Numbered from the stretch's first letter, positions 52,015 through 63,119 are shown. The stretch is 64,000 nucleotides of DNA from an uncultured Pelagibacteraceae bacterium (GCA_902633515.1 CACPGB010000001.1:3669-67668); one strand, 5' to 3'. Program-made: numbers and translations. Notes: generated by a model from the sequence alone, not told the origin.

Positions 52015-54252
52015 ATGAGTACTGAAAATTTTAAAAACAAATCTTTTAAAGTTAATGAGTTAAGTAAGTGTCCTTTTACTGGGGTAGGAACACCAGCAAA
52101 GTTTTCTGCAGGAAGAGGTCAAACAGTAAGAGACTTTTGGCCAAATAGTTTAAATCTTAAGATTCTTAGTCAGCACTCAAGTTTATCTAACCCTATGGAC
52201 AAAAAATTTAGTTACGCAAAAGAATTTAAAAAACTAAATTACAAGGCATTAAAAAAAGATTTACAAAAATTAATGACAGACTCCCAAGAGTGGTGGCCAG
52301 CTGATTATGGTCATTATGGCCCTTTATTTATTAGATTAGCTTGGCATGCCGCAGGTACTTACAGAACTGGTGATGGTAGAGGTGGTGCAGGAACAGGTAA
52401 TCAACGATTTGCGCCACTAAATTCTTGGCCAGATAACGTAAACTTAGATAAAGCAAGATTACTTTTATGGCCCATTAAAAAGAAGTATGGAAGAAAAATT
52501 TCGTGGGCAGATTTGTTCATACTTGTTGGAAATGTTGCTTTAGATTCAATGGGTTTTAAAACTTTTGGTTTTGGAGCTGGCAGAACTGATATTTGGGAAC
52601 CAGAGGATGATATTTATTGGGGCTCGGAAAAAGAAATGCTGGGCGTAGAAAGGTATAGTGGAAAGAGAGATTTGGAGCAGCCGTTAGGAGCTTCACATAT
52701 GGGTTTAATTTATGTAAATCCACAAGGTCCTGATGCTAATCCAGATCCAAAATTAGCAGCACATGATATTAGAGAGACATTTGGGAGAATGGCTATGAAC
52801 GACTATGAGACAGCAGCATTAGTTGCTGGAGGACATACCTTTGGAAAATCTCATGGTGCAGCATCTGAGTCATTCAAAGGACCAGACCCTGAGGCTTCGA
52901 GACTACAAGACCAATCCACTGGATGGAATAGTGGATACAAATCTGGAAAAGGTGTCGATGCAATAAGTAGTGGAATAGAGGGTGCTTGGACACAAAATCC
53001 AATTAAATGGGATATGGGTTATTTAGATTGTTTATACGGACATGAGTGGGAGCTTACAAAAAGCCCAGCTGGTGCTCATCAATGGACTCCAAAGGAAAAT
53101 GGTCAAGAGATTAAAATGGTCCCTGATGCTCATCAAAAAGGTGTAATGCATCCCCCAATGATGCAAACGACGGATATATCAATGAAAGTTGATCCAAGTT
53201 ACGGACCTATCACAAAACATTTTCATCAAAATCCAAAAGAGTTTCATGATGCGTTTGCAAGAGCATGGTTTAAATTAACACATAGAGATATGGGGCCAAG
53301 AGTTTGTTATCTTGGTAGTGATGTTCCAAAAGAACAACTAATTTGGCAAGATCCAATTAATAAACCTAAATATAGACTTAAATCAAAGGATATAAAAGAT
53401 TTAAAAAACAAAATCGTTAAATCAAAAATATCAATTTCAGATTTAGTTTCTACAGCATGGGCTTCAGCATCTACTTTCAGAGGCTCTGATAAAAGAGGTG
53501 GTGCTAATGGTGCAAGAATAATATTGGAACCACAAAAAAATTGGAAAGTAAATAATCCAAAGAAATTATCGATCGTAATTCAAGCCTTAAAAAAAATTAA
53601 AAGTAAATTCGATAGCAAAAAGAAAATTGTTACAATGGCAGACTTAATTGTCCTAGCTGGTGGTGTTGGTGTCGAAATGGCTGCAAAAAAAGCTGGCTAT
53701 AAGATACAAGTTCCATTTTCAGGAGGAAGGGGAGACGCAAGACAAGATCAGACTGATATTAACTCATTCGGTCTTCTAGAACCTCAAGCAGATGGTTTTA
53801 GAAATTACCTGAATGGCGGAGCCTCAAATGTTTCTGCAGAGGAAAAACTGGTTGATAAGGCTCAATTAATGGGTTTAACAGCACCAGAAATGACTGCACT
53901 TGTGGGTGGGATGAGAGTATTAAACACGAACTTTGATGGTTCAAAACATGGTGTTTTTACAAATAAACCTGGTTCTCTTACTAACGATTATTTCATAAAT
54001 CTTTTAGATATGAATACCACTTGGAAAGAAGAGGATAAATCTGAACAAACATTTGTAGGGAAAGATAGAAAAACTCAAAAAACTAAATGGAAGGCAACAA
54101 GAGTTGATTTAATTTTTGGTTCAAACTCTCAATTAAGAGCCCTAGCAGAAGTTTATGCATGTGAAGATTCAGGTGATAAATTTGTTAAAGATTTTATCGC
54201 AGCATGGGTAAAAGTTATGAATTCTGATCGATTTGATTTGAAATTAAACTAA
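52015..54252 (+). CDS. katG: Catalase-peroxidase
   Basis: [54 protein letters not shown]. Confidence 0.98.
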   Translation: MSTENFKNKSFKVNELSKCPFTGVGTPAKFSAGRGQTVRDFWPNSLNLKILSQHSSLSNPMDKKFSYAKEFKKLNYKALKKDLQKLMTDSQEWWPADYGHYGPLFIRLAWHAAGTYRTGDGRGGAGTGNQRFAPLNSWPDNVNLDKARLLLWPIKKKYGRKISWADLFILVGNVALDSMGFKTFGFGAGRTDIWEPEDDIYWGSEKEMLGVERYSGKRDLEQPLGASHMGLIYVNPQGPDANPDPKLAAHDIRETFGRMAMNDYETAALVAGGHTFGKSHGAASESFKGPDPEASRLQDQSTGWNSGYKSGKGVDAISSGIEGAWTQNPIKWDMGYLDCLYGHEWELTKSPAGAHQWTPKENGQEIKMVPDAHQKGVMHPPMMQTTDISMKVDPSYGPITKHFHQNPKEFHDAFARAWFKLTHRDMGPRVCYLGSDVPKEQLIWQDPINKPKYRLKSKDIKDLKNKIVKSKISISDLVSTAWASASTFRGSDKRGGANGARIILEPQKNWKVNNPKKLSIVIQALKKIKSKFDSKKKIVTMADLIVLAGGVGVEMAAKKAGYKIQVPFSGGRGDARQDQTDINSFGLLEPQADGFRNYLNGGASNVSAEEKLVDKAQLMGLTAPEMTALVGGMRVLNTNFDGSKHGVFTNKPGSLTNDYFINLLDMNTTWKEEDKSEQTFVGKDRKTQKTKWKATRVDLIFGSNSQLRALAEVYACEDSGDKFVKDFIAAWVKVMNSDRFDLKLN

Positions 54253-54275
54253 TTTTATAAAGCGGAACAAAAAAT

Positions 54276-54872
54276 ATGGTAACAGCAAATTTTGATGACT
54301 TCTATGAAGTTCCTAATATCAATTTTGATATATCAAAGTTAAGAAATGATTTGGATAAAGTTTTAAAAGCTAAAAAATTCAACTCTCCTGGAGTTACTCA
54401 CTTTGGCGCAATAGCATTAAACCAAATCCCAAACGATAGAAGTTCCATTGAGGGAAATAATATAAGAGGGAAATATTGGACAATTGCTGACGAAACTGGA
54501 AAAGAAGTTTCTAGAGATGTTGATATTGATGAGTCGAAATATACTCAATTAGTTCCTGAATTTGAAAATACATATTTTAAAGAAGTCTATGACACTTTAA
54601 ATAAGAGGTTTAAACTAGGTAGAGTAAGATTATTATTAAAAGAGCCAAGATCGACATTGAGCTGGCATAAAGATCCTGAATGCAGACTTCATGTGCCCAT
54701 TATAACTAATAAAGGCTGTTCAATGGTAATTGAAAATGTAGCAAAACATCTTCCAGCTGATGGTAAAGTATGGATAACAAATAATACAAAATATCATAAC
54801 TTTTTTAATGGTGGAGAACAGGCCAGAGTGCACCTAGTTGCTTGTGTACTTGATAGTCCTTTTAAAAAATAA
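54276..54872 (+). CDS. Aspartyl/asparaginyl beta-hydroxylase-like Fe(II)/2OG oxygenase
   Basis: HxD (WHKD), RLHVPIITN, distal His (YHNFFNGG), RVHLV. Confidence 0.75.
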   Translation: MVTANFDDFYEVPNINFDISKLRNDLDKVLKAKKFNSPGVTHFGAIALNQIPNDRSSIEGNNIRGKYWTIADETGKEVSRDVDIDESKYTQLVPEFENTYFKEVYDTLNKRFKLGRVRLLLKEPRSTLSWHKDPECRLHVPIITNKGCSMVIENVAKHLPADGKVWITNNTKYHNFFNGGEQARVHLVACVLDSPFKK

Positions 54873-55114
54873 TGGAATTAACAACTGGCATATTTAAAGC
54901 TGCTGGAGAGATTTACACAAATAATAAAGGTTCAATTTTAAGAACTGTTATTTATACAATTGGCCATTTTGCAATTGCCATAACTGTTTTAATGTTAGTT
55001 GCTGATGTCACTTTTATGATAGCACTTACAGATGCAATTGTAGAACCAATAGCTAATTCTATATGGTATTTTATTTTAGATAAGTGGTGGGCGAGTAAAT
55101 CAAAAAGTTCTTAA
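54872..55114 (+). CDS. Small membrane protein, DUF2061-like
   Basis: Two hydrophobic segments, YTIGH...EP...WYFILDKWW; TAATG coupling to the upstream gene. Confidence 0.6.
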   Translation: MELTTGIFKAAGEIYTNNKGSILRTVIYTIGHFAIAITVLMLVADVTFMIALTDAIVEPIANSIWYFILDKWWASKSKSS

Positions 55115-55569
55115 TCTAATACCCCCCAAATATTATCTGTCTTTATCCAGCCAACAAAATCCTCGGTATTTATTTTGCACCAAATACCATTGCACTTTTG
55201 AACTATTAGAACTCTTCCTTTTTTAATCTTAGCCAATGGTTTAGAAAAATTTGTTGAATTTTCAAATAATATTTTATCTTTTATTGGAATGATTGAATTT
55301 ATTTTTTTTAGTTGAGACCAATGTATCCATCCACTGTTATTTTTAAAATCAATCACCCTTCGCCAGTTCTCTTTTTTATCAATTTGTTTGAGAGGTAAAT
55401 TCACTTTTTTATAAATAAATTTTATAGGAGACTCAAAACTCGGCCCATACCTTACATTCACTTTACTTTTCTTTAAAGACAAGAAAGTTTCTTGAGCAAA
55501 ACTGAATGAAGAAAAAGATAATAAAAATAAAATTATAAGAAAAAGTTTAAATCGTTTTTTTTTTAACAT
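55111..55569 (-). CDS. Exported tandem SH3-domain protein
   Basis: Signal peptide, VNVRYGP, WRRVIDF..NSGWIH, WCKI....GWI. Confidence 0.88.
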   Translation of the reverse strand: MLKKKRFKLFLIILFLLSFSSFSFAQETFLSLKKSKVNVRYGPSFESPIKFIYKKVNLPLKQIDKKENWRRVIDFKNNSGWIHWSQLKKINSIIPIKDKILFENSTNFSKPLAKIKKGRVLIVQKCNGIWCKINTEDFVGWIKTDNIWGVLD

Positions 55570-56308
55570 TTTTTAACTTTTTAAAGTTGATTTTCCTGAA
55601 ATTTAGATTTAATAGATCTAAAACTAGAACTTGACCATTCAAATTTTTGCCAATAGATAAAATTTTTTTTAAAATTTCATTCGCCTGCATTATTCCTATT
55701 ATACCAGCTACAGTACCCAAAATACCTTCATATTCACAACTTAATATATCATCTGAAATCTGATTTTCTTGAAAAAAAGATCTTATACAAGGTGTTTTTT
55801 CATTTTTAAAATCAAAACTAAAAACATGACCATCAAATTTACTTATTGCTCCAGTGACAAGAAATTTTCTATATTTTCTTGAAACATCATTTATTAAAAA
55901 CTTTGTCTCAAAATTATCCGATCCATCAATTATGTAGTTATAATTTTTTATAATTTTTTGATAGTTGCTATTGTTTAATCTTATTTTGTAAGAATTTACT
56001 TTTATTTTTGAATTTATCTTTTTTAATTTTTTTTTAGCAGACAAAATTTTAGATTTTTTTAAATCTTCTGTGCTGTAAAGGCTTTGTCTGTGAATATTTG
56101 ATAAATTAACTATATCTGGGTCAACAATACCCAAAACACCTACCCCTGCTCTTGCTAAAAATTCAGCTGCAGGACAACCTAAACCTCCCATTCCAATAAT
56201 CAAAACTTTTGCTTTAATAATTTTTTTTTGTCCTAAGCTTCCAATATTTTTTAAAACTATTTGTCTTGAAAATCTCTCTATTTGATTCTTATTTAAATTG
56301 ATATTCAT
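55547..56308 (-). CDS. MoeB/ThiF-family adenylyltransferase
   Basis: RFSRQI, GMGGLG, SNIHRQ, DGSDNF. Confidence 0.9.
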   Translation of the reverse strand: MNINLNKNQIERFSRQIVLKNIGSLGQKKIIKAKVLIIGMGGLGCPAAEFLARAGVGVLGIVDPDIVNLSNIHRQSLYSTEDLKKSKILSAKKKLKKINSKIKVNSYKIRLNNSNYQKIIKNYNYIIDGSDNFETKFLINDVSRKYRKFLVTGAISKFDGHVFSFDFKNEKTPCIRSFFQENQISDDILSCEYEGILGTVAGIIGIMQANEILKKILSIGKNLNGQVLVLDLLNLNFRKINFKKLKNVKKKTI

Positions 56309-56742
56309 TTACCTGTTGAACCAAATCCACCCTTTGCTCTGAAAGATTCAGGTAAATCATTTTTTTCCTCTAATTCCATTTTGACCACAGGTGCTAATAT
56401 CATTTGAGCAACTCTATCACCATTGTTAATTGAAAAATTTTTATTTCCATGATTGTAAATGATAACCTTTATTTCTCCTCTGTAATCACTATCAATTGTT
56501 CCAGGAGTATTTAACACACTAATATTATTTTTGGCTGCTAAACCTGATCTTGGTCTTATTTGGATCTCGTAATCCTCAGAGAACGCAACAGATAATCCTG
56601 TAGGAATTAAAACTGATGTTTTGGGTTCTAGATCAATTGGTTTTTTAATAAACGCAATCAAGTCTACACCTGATGCCCCACTAGTTTTATATTCGGGTAA
56701 TTTTACAGCTGGGTCGAGTTTTTTGATTAGAACTTTAACCAT
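56305..56742 (-). CDS. dut: dUTP diphosphatase
   Basis: RPRSGLA, GTIDSDYRGE, GDRVAQ, GGFGSTG. Confidence 0.98.
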   Translation of the reverse strand: MVKVLIKKLDPAVKLPEYKTSGASGVDLIAFIKKPIDLEPKTSVLIPTGLSVAFSEDYEIQIRPRSGLAAKNNISVLNTPGTIDSDYRGEIKVIIYNHGNKNFSINNGDRVAQMILAPVVKMELEEKNDLPESFRAKGGFGSTGK

Positions 56743-57947
56743 TAATTTATCTGAGCAACTATTCTATCCACAATTTCCTCTGATATCTCTGACTTTTTTT
56801 TTAATGAAAGTTTCTCTTTCTTCATTTTTTCATTTCTATAGAAAATTGTAACTTCATTATTTTCATTATCAAAACCACTTTCATTCTTTGAGACGTCGTT
56901 GGCTATAATCCAGTCACAATTTTTATTTTCTAATTTTAGAATGGCATTTTTCTCTAAACTTGTTGTTTCAGCGGCAAAACCTATAACTATTTTTGGTCTC
57001 AAGGAATTATGATTGGACACATAGTTCAAAATATCAATATTCTTCTCTAAATTTAATGTAAAAGTTTCATCTTTTTTAATCTTTTCTTTTTGTTTATGAT
57101 TTACTTTGAAATCAGCAACAGCAGCAGCAAATACAGCTATATCAGTCGGAAGATTTTTTTGAGTAGCTTTAAACATTTCTTCAGCCGTTTCAACTTTAAT
57201 TAAATTAATATTTTCATCTGTTTTTAGGTTGGTAGGTCCTGATATTAAAGTTGTATGAAAACCTCTTTTACAAAGAGATTTTGCTATTTCGTAACCTTGT
57301 TTGCCGCTAGATTTATTTGTAATAAATCTCACGGGATCTATGTATTCATTAGTAGGGCCTGCTGTTACTAGAGCTTTGAGTTTATTATTTTTGATTTTAT
57401 TAAATATAAAACTTTGAATTTCTTTATAGATAACTAAAGGTCCAGACATTTTACCCTCACCATATTCACCACAAGCCATGTCACCTATTTCAGGTCCAAT
57501 GATTTTGTAGCCAAAACCTCTCAATGTTTCTAGATTATTACGTGTAGACTGATGTTCCCACATTCTAACATTCATTGCTGGAGCTAAAAAAACTTGCTTA
57601 TTAGAAGCCAATATTACTGTTGATGCTAAGTCGTCTGAGTTGCCCTGACTTAATTTGGAAATAGTGTTGGCAGTTGCTGGGGCGACTATGATCACATCAG
57701 CCCATCTAGATAAAGAAATATGGTCCATCTCTGTCTCATTTTCTAGGCTAAATAAATCATCATAAACTTTACCTTGTGATAAAGAGGCGACAGATAATGG
57801 GGTTACAAACTCCTTTGCATTTTTAGTTAGTATTGTTTTTATTTCAGCATTATTTTTTCTAAACATTCTTATTGTTTCAAGACTTTTGTAGGCAGAAATT
57901 CCACCACATATTATAAAAAGAATTTTTTTGTTTGATAAATTTTTCAT
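56742..57947 (-). CDS. coaBC: Phosphopantothenoylcysteine decarboxylase/ligase
   Basis: GGISAYK, APATAN, PAMN, ACGEYGEG, TAGPT, DPVRFITNKSSGKQG. Confidence 0.97.
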   Translation of the reverse strand: MKNLSNKKILFIICGGISAYKSLETIRMFRKNNAEIKTILTKNAKEFVTPLSVASLSQGKVYDDLFSLENETEMDHISLSRWADVIIVAPATANTISKLSQGNSDDLASTVILASNKQVFLAPAMNVRMWEHQSTRNNLETLRGFGYKIIGPEIGDMACGEYGEGKMSGPLVIYKEIQSFIFNKIKNNKLKALVTAGPTNEYIDPVRFITNKSSGKQGYEIAKSLCKRGFHTTLISGPTNLKTDENINLIKVETAEEMFKATQKNLPTDIAVFAAAVADFKVNHKQKEKIKKDETFTLNLEKNIDILNYVSNHNSLRPKIVIGFAAETTSLEKNAILKLENKNCDWIIANDVSKNESGFDNENNEVTIFYRNEKMKKEKLSLKKKSEISEEIVDRIVAQIN

Positions 57948-57955
57948 CGTCAGAA

Positions 57956-59524
57956 TTAAAATATTAAAAGGCTTAAAATTACAAGGATTAATAAACCAAT
58001 AATAGATTGGTTTCTAAAAGCAGTCATTTCTGATTTTTGAGTATTTAAAGCCGTATAGGAATTGGAGTTTTGTGGGATTTGTCCACTAGCAAGAAAAGTA
58101 AGAGCTTGATTAGCTTTATCCATTATTTCAGGAAACTCTGGTAATCTTTTGATTACTTCTGCTGAATTTTGAATTGTCTCATTTATTTTTGTCATTGGAT
58201 CTTTTGTTTCTCTAAGCCAATTTTCAAGAACAGGTTTTGAAGTGGTCCAAATATTTGTGTTGGGGTTTAATTTTCTTGCAACTCCTTCTACAACAACCAT
58301 TGTTTTTTGAAGCATTAAAAGTTGTGGTTGAGTTTGCATGTTAAATTTTTCTGTGACATCAAATAATTGTTTTAATAATTTGCCTCCAGAAATGTCTTTA
58401 ACTGCTTGACCAAAAATTGGCTCGCCAATGGATCTTAGAGCTTGAGCCAAGTCATCTATTGGAACTTCTTTTGGCACAAGACCTGCAATTAGATGTACTT
58501 CAGCAACTTTACGATAATCTCTTTGAATAAAACCAAATAAGATTTCGGCTAAAAATCTTTTACTCATTTTGTCTAATCTACCCATAATTCCAAAATCGAT
58601 CGGAACAATTTGGCCATCATTATCTATAAATATGTTACCTTGGTGCATATCCGCATGAAAAAAACCGTCTCTCACAGCATGTCTTAAAAAATTTTGAATA
58701 ATATCTTCTGCAATTTTTTCAGTATTAAATTCTTTATTTTTAAGCTCCTCCGTTTCTCTAATAGAAATTCCATCCACCCAATCTAGAGTCATTACATTTT
58801 CACTAGTATAAATCCAATAAATTTGAGGAACTCTAAATCCAACATCATTCTTTGTGTTTTCAGCATATTCATTTGCAGCAGCTGCTTCAAATCTTAAATC
58901 CATCTCTAGATTTGTGATTTCTTTTAATAAAAATACTACTTCTACCAATTTTAGTCTTTTTGTTTTTTTTATAAATGACTCAATTAAAAAAGCAAAAAGC
59001 ATAATTGCATCAATCTCTTCATTAAATATTTTTTTTATGTTTGGTCTTAAAATTTTAATTGCAACATCTTTTAAAACACCATCATCATTTATCTGAGCCC
59101 TATGAACTTGAGCTATTGAAGCTGCGGCAACTGGTTCACTTAAATTGATTATGCAGTCATAACCTTCATTACCTAAATCATTTTTAATAATTTCTTTTGC
59201 TTGTAAAAGTGAAAAGGGTGGTAACTTATCTTGAAGGTTCTCAAGTTTTCTTGAAAGTTCCTCACCAATTATATCAGGTCTAGTAGCTAAAAATTGACCA
59301 AGTTTAATAAACGTTGTTCCCATTGATTCTAAAGACTCAGATAATCTCTCTCCTTCGTCTTTTTTTAAATCTATTTGTTTTTTTGGTGAAAAGGAAAATG
59401 ATAATATTTTGAATAAAATTTTTATGGCTAAAGGTGGTTTTTTAAATTTTGATACAATATTTAAAATATCAGAGCTAGCTACTTTCCTTCCAAGTTTAAA
59501 GAGAATAATTAATTTTTTTATCAT
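57956..59524 (-). CDS. ubiB: Ubiquinone biosynthesis kinase-like protein UbiB
   Basis: IKLGQFLATRPD, AASIAQVH, FFHADMHQGN, DFGIMG. Confidence 0.96.
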   Translation of the reverse strand: MIKKLIILFKLGRKVASSDILNIVSKFKKPPLAIKILFKILSFSFSPKKQIDLKKDEGERLSESLESMGTTFIKLGQFLATRPDIIGEELSRKLENLQDKLPPFSLLQAKEIIKNDLGNEGYDCIINLSEPVAAASIAQVHRAQINDDGVLKDVAIKILRPNIKKIFNEEIDAIMLFAFLIESFIKKTKRLKLVEVVFLLKEITNLEMDLRFEAAAANEYAENTKNDVGFRVPQIYWIYTSENVMTLDWVDGISIRETEELKNKEFNTEKIAEDIIQNFLRHAVRDGFFHADMHQGNIFIDNDGQIVPIDFGIMGRLDKMSKRFLAEILFGFIQRDYRKVAEVHLIAGLVPKEVPIDDLAQALRSIGEPIFGQAVKDISGGKLLKQLFDVTEKFNMQTQPQLLMLQKTMVVVEGVARKLNPNTNIWTTSKPVLENWLRETKDPMTKINETIQNSAEVIKRLPEFPEIMDKANQALTFLASGQIPQNSNSYTALNTQKSEMTAFRNQSIIGLLILVILSLLIF

Positions 59525-60228
59525 TAAAGTTTCCATCCACTATGAATAGAGACTATTCCACCAGATAAATTTCTATAAGCACATTTCTTAAAATTGCCTT
59601 TAACCATAGCATCAATTAATTCTTCCTGGTTTAGAAAATTTTCGATACTTTTAATCAGGTATTCATAGGGCTCTTTTTCACCAACAACAAACTTACCAAT
59701 AGAAGGTATAAGTTTAGAATAATTTTTGTAAAGAGTTTCTAAATTTGTATTCTGAATTTTTGAAAATTCTAAGCATAAAAAACGACCTCCGGGTTTTAAA
59801 ACTCTGTGAGCTTCGGAAAGAGCCTTATGTATTTTGGCAGTATTTCTTAAACCAAAACTTATAGTATAAAAATCGAATAAATTGTCTGACAAAGGAATTT
59901 TCTCAGCTGGTGAAATAATCCAATTTATATTTTTAAACTTAGATAACTTTTCCTTTCCCTTACTAATCATACCTTTGTTTGGATCTACACATGTAATTTG
60001 TGATAATTTGTTTACATGTTTTACAAATAGTTTGGCTATGTCTCCAGTGCCGCAAGCAACATCAATTAAATTTTGATTAGCTGATGGATTCATCATATTT
60101 AATAAATTTTTTTTCCATAATCGATGAATCCCCAATGACATAAAATCATTCATCAGATCATAACGATCGTATACTTGATTAAACACGTTTTGGACTAATC
60201 CTTTTTTATTTTGTAGATATTGTTGCAT
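59524..60228 (-). CDS. ubiE: Ubiquinone/menaquinone C-methyltransferase
   Basis: YDLMNDFMSLGIHRLWK, DVACGTGD, SFGLRN, RVLKPGG. Confidence 0.96.
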   Translation of the reverse strand: MQQYLQNKKGLVQNVFNQVYDRYDLMNDFMSLGIHRLWKKNLLNMMNPSANQNLIDVACGTGDIAKLFVKHVNKLSQITCVDPNKGMISKGKEKLSKFKNINWIISPAEKIPLSDNLFDFYTISFGLRNTAKIHKALSEAHRVLKPGGRFLCLEFSKIQNTNLETLYKNYSKLIPSIGKFVVGEKEPYEYLIKSIENFLNQEELIDAMVKGNFKKCAYRNLSGGIVSIHSGWKL

Positions 60229-60261
60229 TATTTAAAAAATATATAGTTAATATAGTATCAA

Positions 60262-61125
60262 ATGCCAGAATTACCAGAAGTAGAAATTGTACGTCGATCT
60301 TTAGACAAAAAGACTAAAAATAAAAAGGTAAAAAAAGTATTAATTAGAAATAGAAATTTAAGAACTAAAATTCCACTTCATTTTTCAAAATTTCTCAAAG
60401 GAAAAAAGATAATCAAAGTGAAAAGATTTTCAAAATATCTAATTATTTGTCTATCAAATAAGAGTTATTGTCTTTTACATCTAGGTATGTCTGGAACTAT
60501 TCATCTAATTTATAATCAAAAAAAAAGTTTGGTAACTAACGCAAGCTTTTATAGCTCACCTTTATTACCAAAAAAACATAATCATGTAGAAATATTTTTT
60601 GACGAATTTAAAATTGTGTATAACGACCCTAGAAGATTTGGTTTTTTTGAATTAGTGGCTAATGAATATTTTTTAGTCAAAAAATTCGCTAAACTTGGAC
60701 CAGAGCCATTTCAGCCAGAATTCAACTTAAATTATATTTATTCTTTTTTAAAAAGAAAAAAAAAAAACATAAAAAATTTACTATTAGATCAAAATTTTGT
60801 ATCAGGGATTGGAAATATTTATGCAAGTGAGATTTTATTTTTAAGCAAGATAAACCCAGAGAAAAAAGTATTTTTTCTAACTAAAAAAGATTGTGAAAAA
60901 ATTATATTAAATTCAAGGAAAGTTTTGATAAATGCAATAAAAAAGGGTGGATCAAGTATACGAGATTTTAAAAATACAGCCGGTAAACAAGGTAATTTTC
61001 AAAAAAATTTTAAAGTTTATGAAAGAAAAGGATTAAATTGTAAGCGGTCTAATTGTAAAGGAATTATAAGAAAAAAAATAATTTCTAATAGATCTTCTTT
61101 TTTTTGTAGTATGTGTCAAAAATAA
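60262..61125 (+). CDS. mutM: Formamidopyrimidine-DNA glycosylase
   Basis: MPELPEVE, HLGMSG, DPRRFG, GIGNIYASE, C-terminal zinc finger. Confidence 0.97.
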   Translation: MPELPEVEIVRRSLDKKTKNKKVKKVLIRNRNLRTKIPLHFSKFLKGKKIIKVKRFSKYLIICLSNKSYCLLHLGMSGTIHLIYNQKKSLVTNASFYSSPLLPKKHNHVEIFFDEFKIVYNDPRRFGFFELVANEYFLVKKFAKLGPEPFQPEFNLNYIYSFLKRKKKNIKNLLLDQNFVSGIGNIYASEILFLSKINPEKKVFFLTKKDCEKIILNSRKVLINAIKKGGSSIRDFKNTAGKQGNFQKNFKVYERKGLNCKRSNCKGIIRKKIISNRSSFFCSMCQK

Positions 61126-61174
61126 AAATTTTTTGATTGACCAAAATTAATTCTCAAGCTATACCCCTGCGCAT

Positions 61175-61435
61175 ATGGCAAACACAAAATCGGCAATTAA
61201 AAGAATTAGAAAAATATCAAAACAAACTGCTGTTAATAAATTGAGAAAAAGTCGATATAAAAACGCATTAAAAAAAATGAACGTTCTAATTGAAGCCAAA
61301 AAGAAATTAGAAGCTATTAAATTCTTACCCAAGTTGAATTCAGAGCTAATGAAAATTGCTAAGACTGGAATAATAAAGAAACAAAACGCCTCCAGAAATG
61401 TTTCAAGACTTACAAAAAAAATAGCTTCAATTTAA
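61175..61435 (+). CDS. rpsT: 30S ribosomal protein S20
   Basis: MANTKSAIKR, NASRNVSRL; upstream of dnaA. Confidence 0.96.
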   Translation: MANTKSAIKRIRKISKQTAVNKLRKSRYKNALKKMNVLIEAKKKLEAIKFLPKLNSELMKIAKTGIIKKQNASRNVSRLTKKIASI

Positions 61436-61605
61436 ATAAATAATACTTCAGGTTGTTTGATTAAATACAACTTTAAATTCTACAAAATCTGTCATCTTGG
61501 AAATTTTTTCTACAATATTTAGATTTAGTAAATAAACAAACATATTTAATTCAATTATAAATTTTATAAATATCTTAATCATTAAATACTTTTTATAAAA
61601 AATAT

Positions 61606-61614
61606 TTTTACACA
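61606..61614 (+). promoter_or_regulatory. Candidate DnaA box upstream of dnaA
   Basis: TTTTACACA fits TTWTNCACA; it is a single copy in AT-rich DNA. Confidence 0.4.
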
Positions 61615-61700
61615 ATCCTAGATTTTATTTTTTTTTGATTTTCTAAAATTATTTGTTGCAATAATTTTATTATGGTTCTAAGTGAAGTTTCCTCAAATTT

Positions 61701-63119
61701 ATGAACAATTCTATAAATAATAAAAATTTAAAAAATTTTAAATCTGAAACTCTTGACTGGAATTTGATTCAAGCTGAAATGAGGAATAAACTAGGTTTAG
61801 ATATTTATGAAAGTTGGCTTAAAAAGATAAAATTTGTTGAAGAGATAAATAATTATATTCTATTATCTGTACCAACAAGGTTTATACGGGACTGGATTAC
61901 ATCAAGGTATTTAGACCAAATTCTTAAAATCATTAAAAATTATAAAAAAGATATCATTCGAGTTGAGTTTAAAATCACTGAAAATAAAATAAGTTCGAGT
62001 CAGGATCAAGATGATAATAATGTTTATAATAACAAAGAAAATGTTTCTTTTATAAAAGACACTTATTTACAATATAACCGAATAGATCCTAACAAAAATT
62101 TTGATAATTTTATAACCGGCCCAAGTAATAAATTAGCATATGAAGCATCTGTAAAAGTTTCAGAGAATATTTCACATTATAATCCACTTTACTTGTATGG
62201 AGGTGTTGGGATGGGCAAAACCCACCTTTTAAATGCAATTGGTTATCATTTAAAAAAAGATAATAAAGTAATGTTTATATCTGCTGAACGATTCATGTAT
62301 CAATTTGTTAAATCAATAAAATCAAATGATATGGTAAAATTTAAAGAGTATTTTCGTAATACGGATATCTTGTTAATTGACGATATACAATTTATGAACG
62401 GCAAAGAAGCAATGCAAGAGGAATTTTTCCACACATTTAATGCTCTTCTTGATAAAGGTTCTCAAATAATTATATCAGCTGACAGGTCGCCCAATAAGTT
62501 ATCTAGAATTCAAGAGAGAATAAAATCAAGATTTGCAGGAGGTTTAGTAGTTGATATTCAAAAAACTGATTTGGCGCTTAGAAAAAAAATTATAGAAAGT
62601 AAAATAAGTGATTTAAATAATCTATATCCTGAAAAATTTAACTTATCGGAAGAAATAAAAAACTTTATCAGTATTAAAATTACAACAAGTGTGAGAGAGT
62701 TAGTAGGAGCAATTAATAGAATTATATCATTTTCAAGAATTTATAATAAAATACCTAATTTACCCGAAACAAAGGTTATATTAAAAGATTTACTTAATCT
62801 AAATGAAAACAATGTAACTATAGATTTAATTCAAACTATTGTGTGTAAATATTTTAAAATAAGTAAAAATGAAATGCTTTCATCTAGAAGATCAAGATAT
62901 TTGGTGAGACCACGACAAACAGCCATTTATTTGACAAAAATTTTGACTTCGAAATCACTGCCAGAAATTGGTAGAGAATTTTCAAATAGGGACCACACAA
63001 CTATAATTCACTCAGTAAAAACTATAGAAAAATTAAAAGAATTAGATCCAGATATGATTGCAAATATAGATAAACTTAAAAATCAAATATTATATAGCAA
63101 TAAAGAAAATGAAATTTAA
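61701..63119 (+). CDS. dnaA: Chromosomal replication initiator DnaA
   Basis: YNPLYLYGGVGMGKTHL, DDIQF, QEEFFHTFN, RDHTTIIH. Confidence 0.98.
   Translation: MNNSINNKNLKNFKSETLDWNLIQAEMRNKLGLDIYESWLKKIKFVEEINNYILLSVPTRFIRDWITSRYLDQILKIIKNYKKDIIRVEFKITENKISSSQDQDDNNVYNNKENVSFIKDTYLQYNRIDPNKNFDNFITGPSNKLAYEASVKVSENISHYNPLYLYGGVGMGKTHLLNAIGYHLKKDNKVMFISAERFMYQFVKSIKSNDMVKFKEYFRNTDILLIDDIQFMNGKEAMQEEFFHTFNALLDKGSQIIISADRSPNKLSRIQERIKSRFAGGLVVDIQKTDLALRKKIIESKISDLNNLYPEKFNLSEEIKNFISIKITTSVRELVGAINRIISFSRIYNKIPNLPETKVILKDLLNLNENNVTIDLIQTIVCKYFKISKNEMLSSRRSRYLVRPRQTAIYLTKILTSKSLPEIGREFSNRDHTTIIHSVKTIEKLKELDPDMIANIDKLKNQILYSNKENEI

Noticed and set aside
61436-61700. oriC upstream of dnaA
   Set aside because: Only one DnaA-box match; alphaproteobacterial origins are often unlinked to dnaA, and parS lies about 56 kb away
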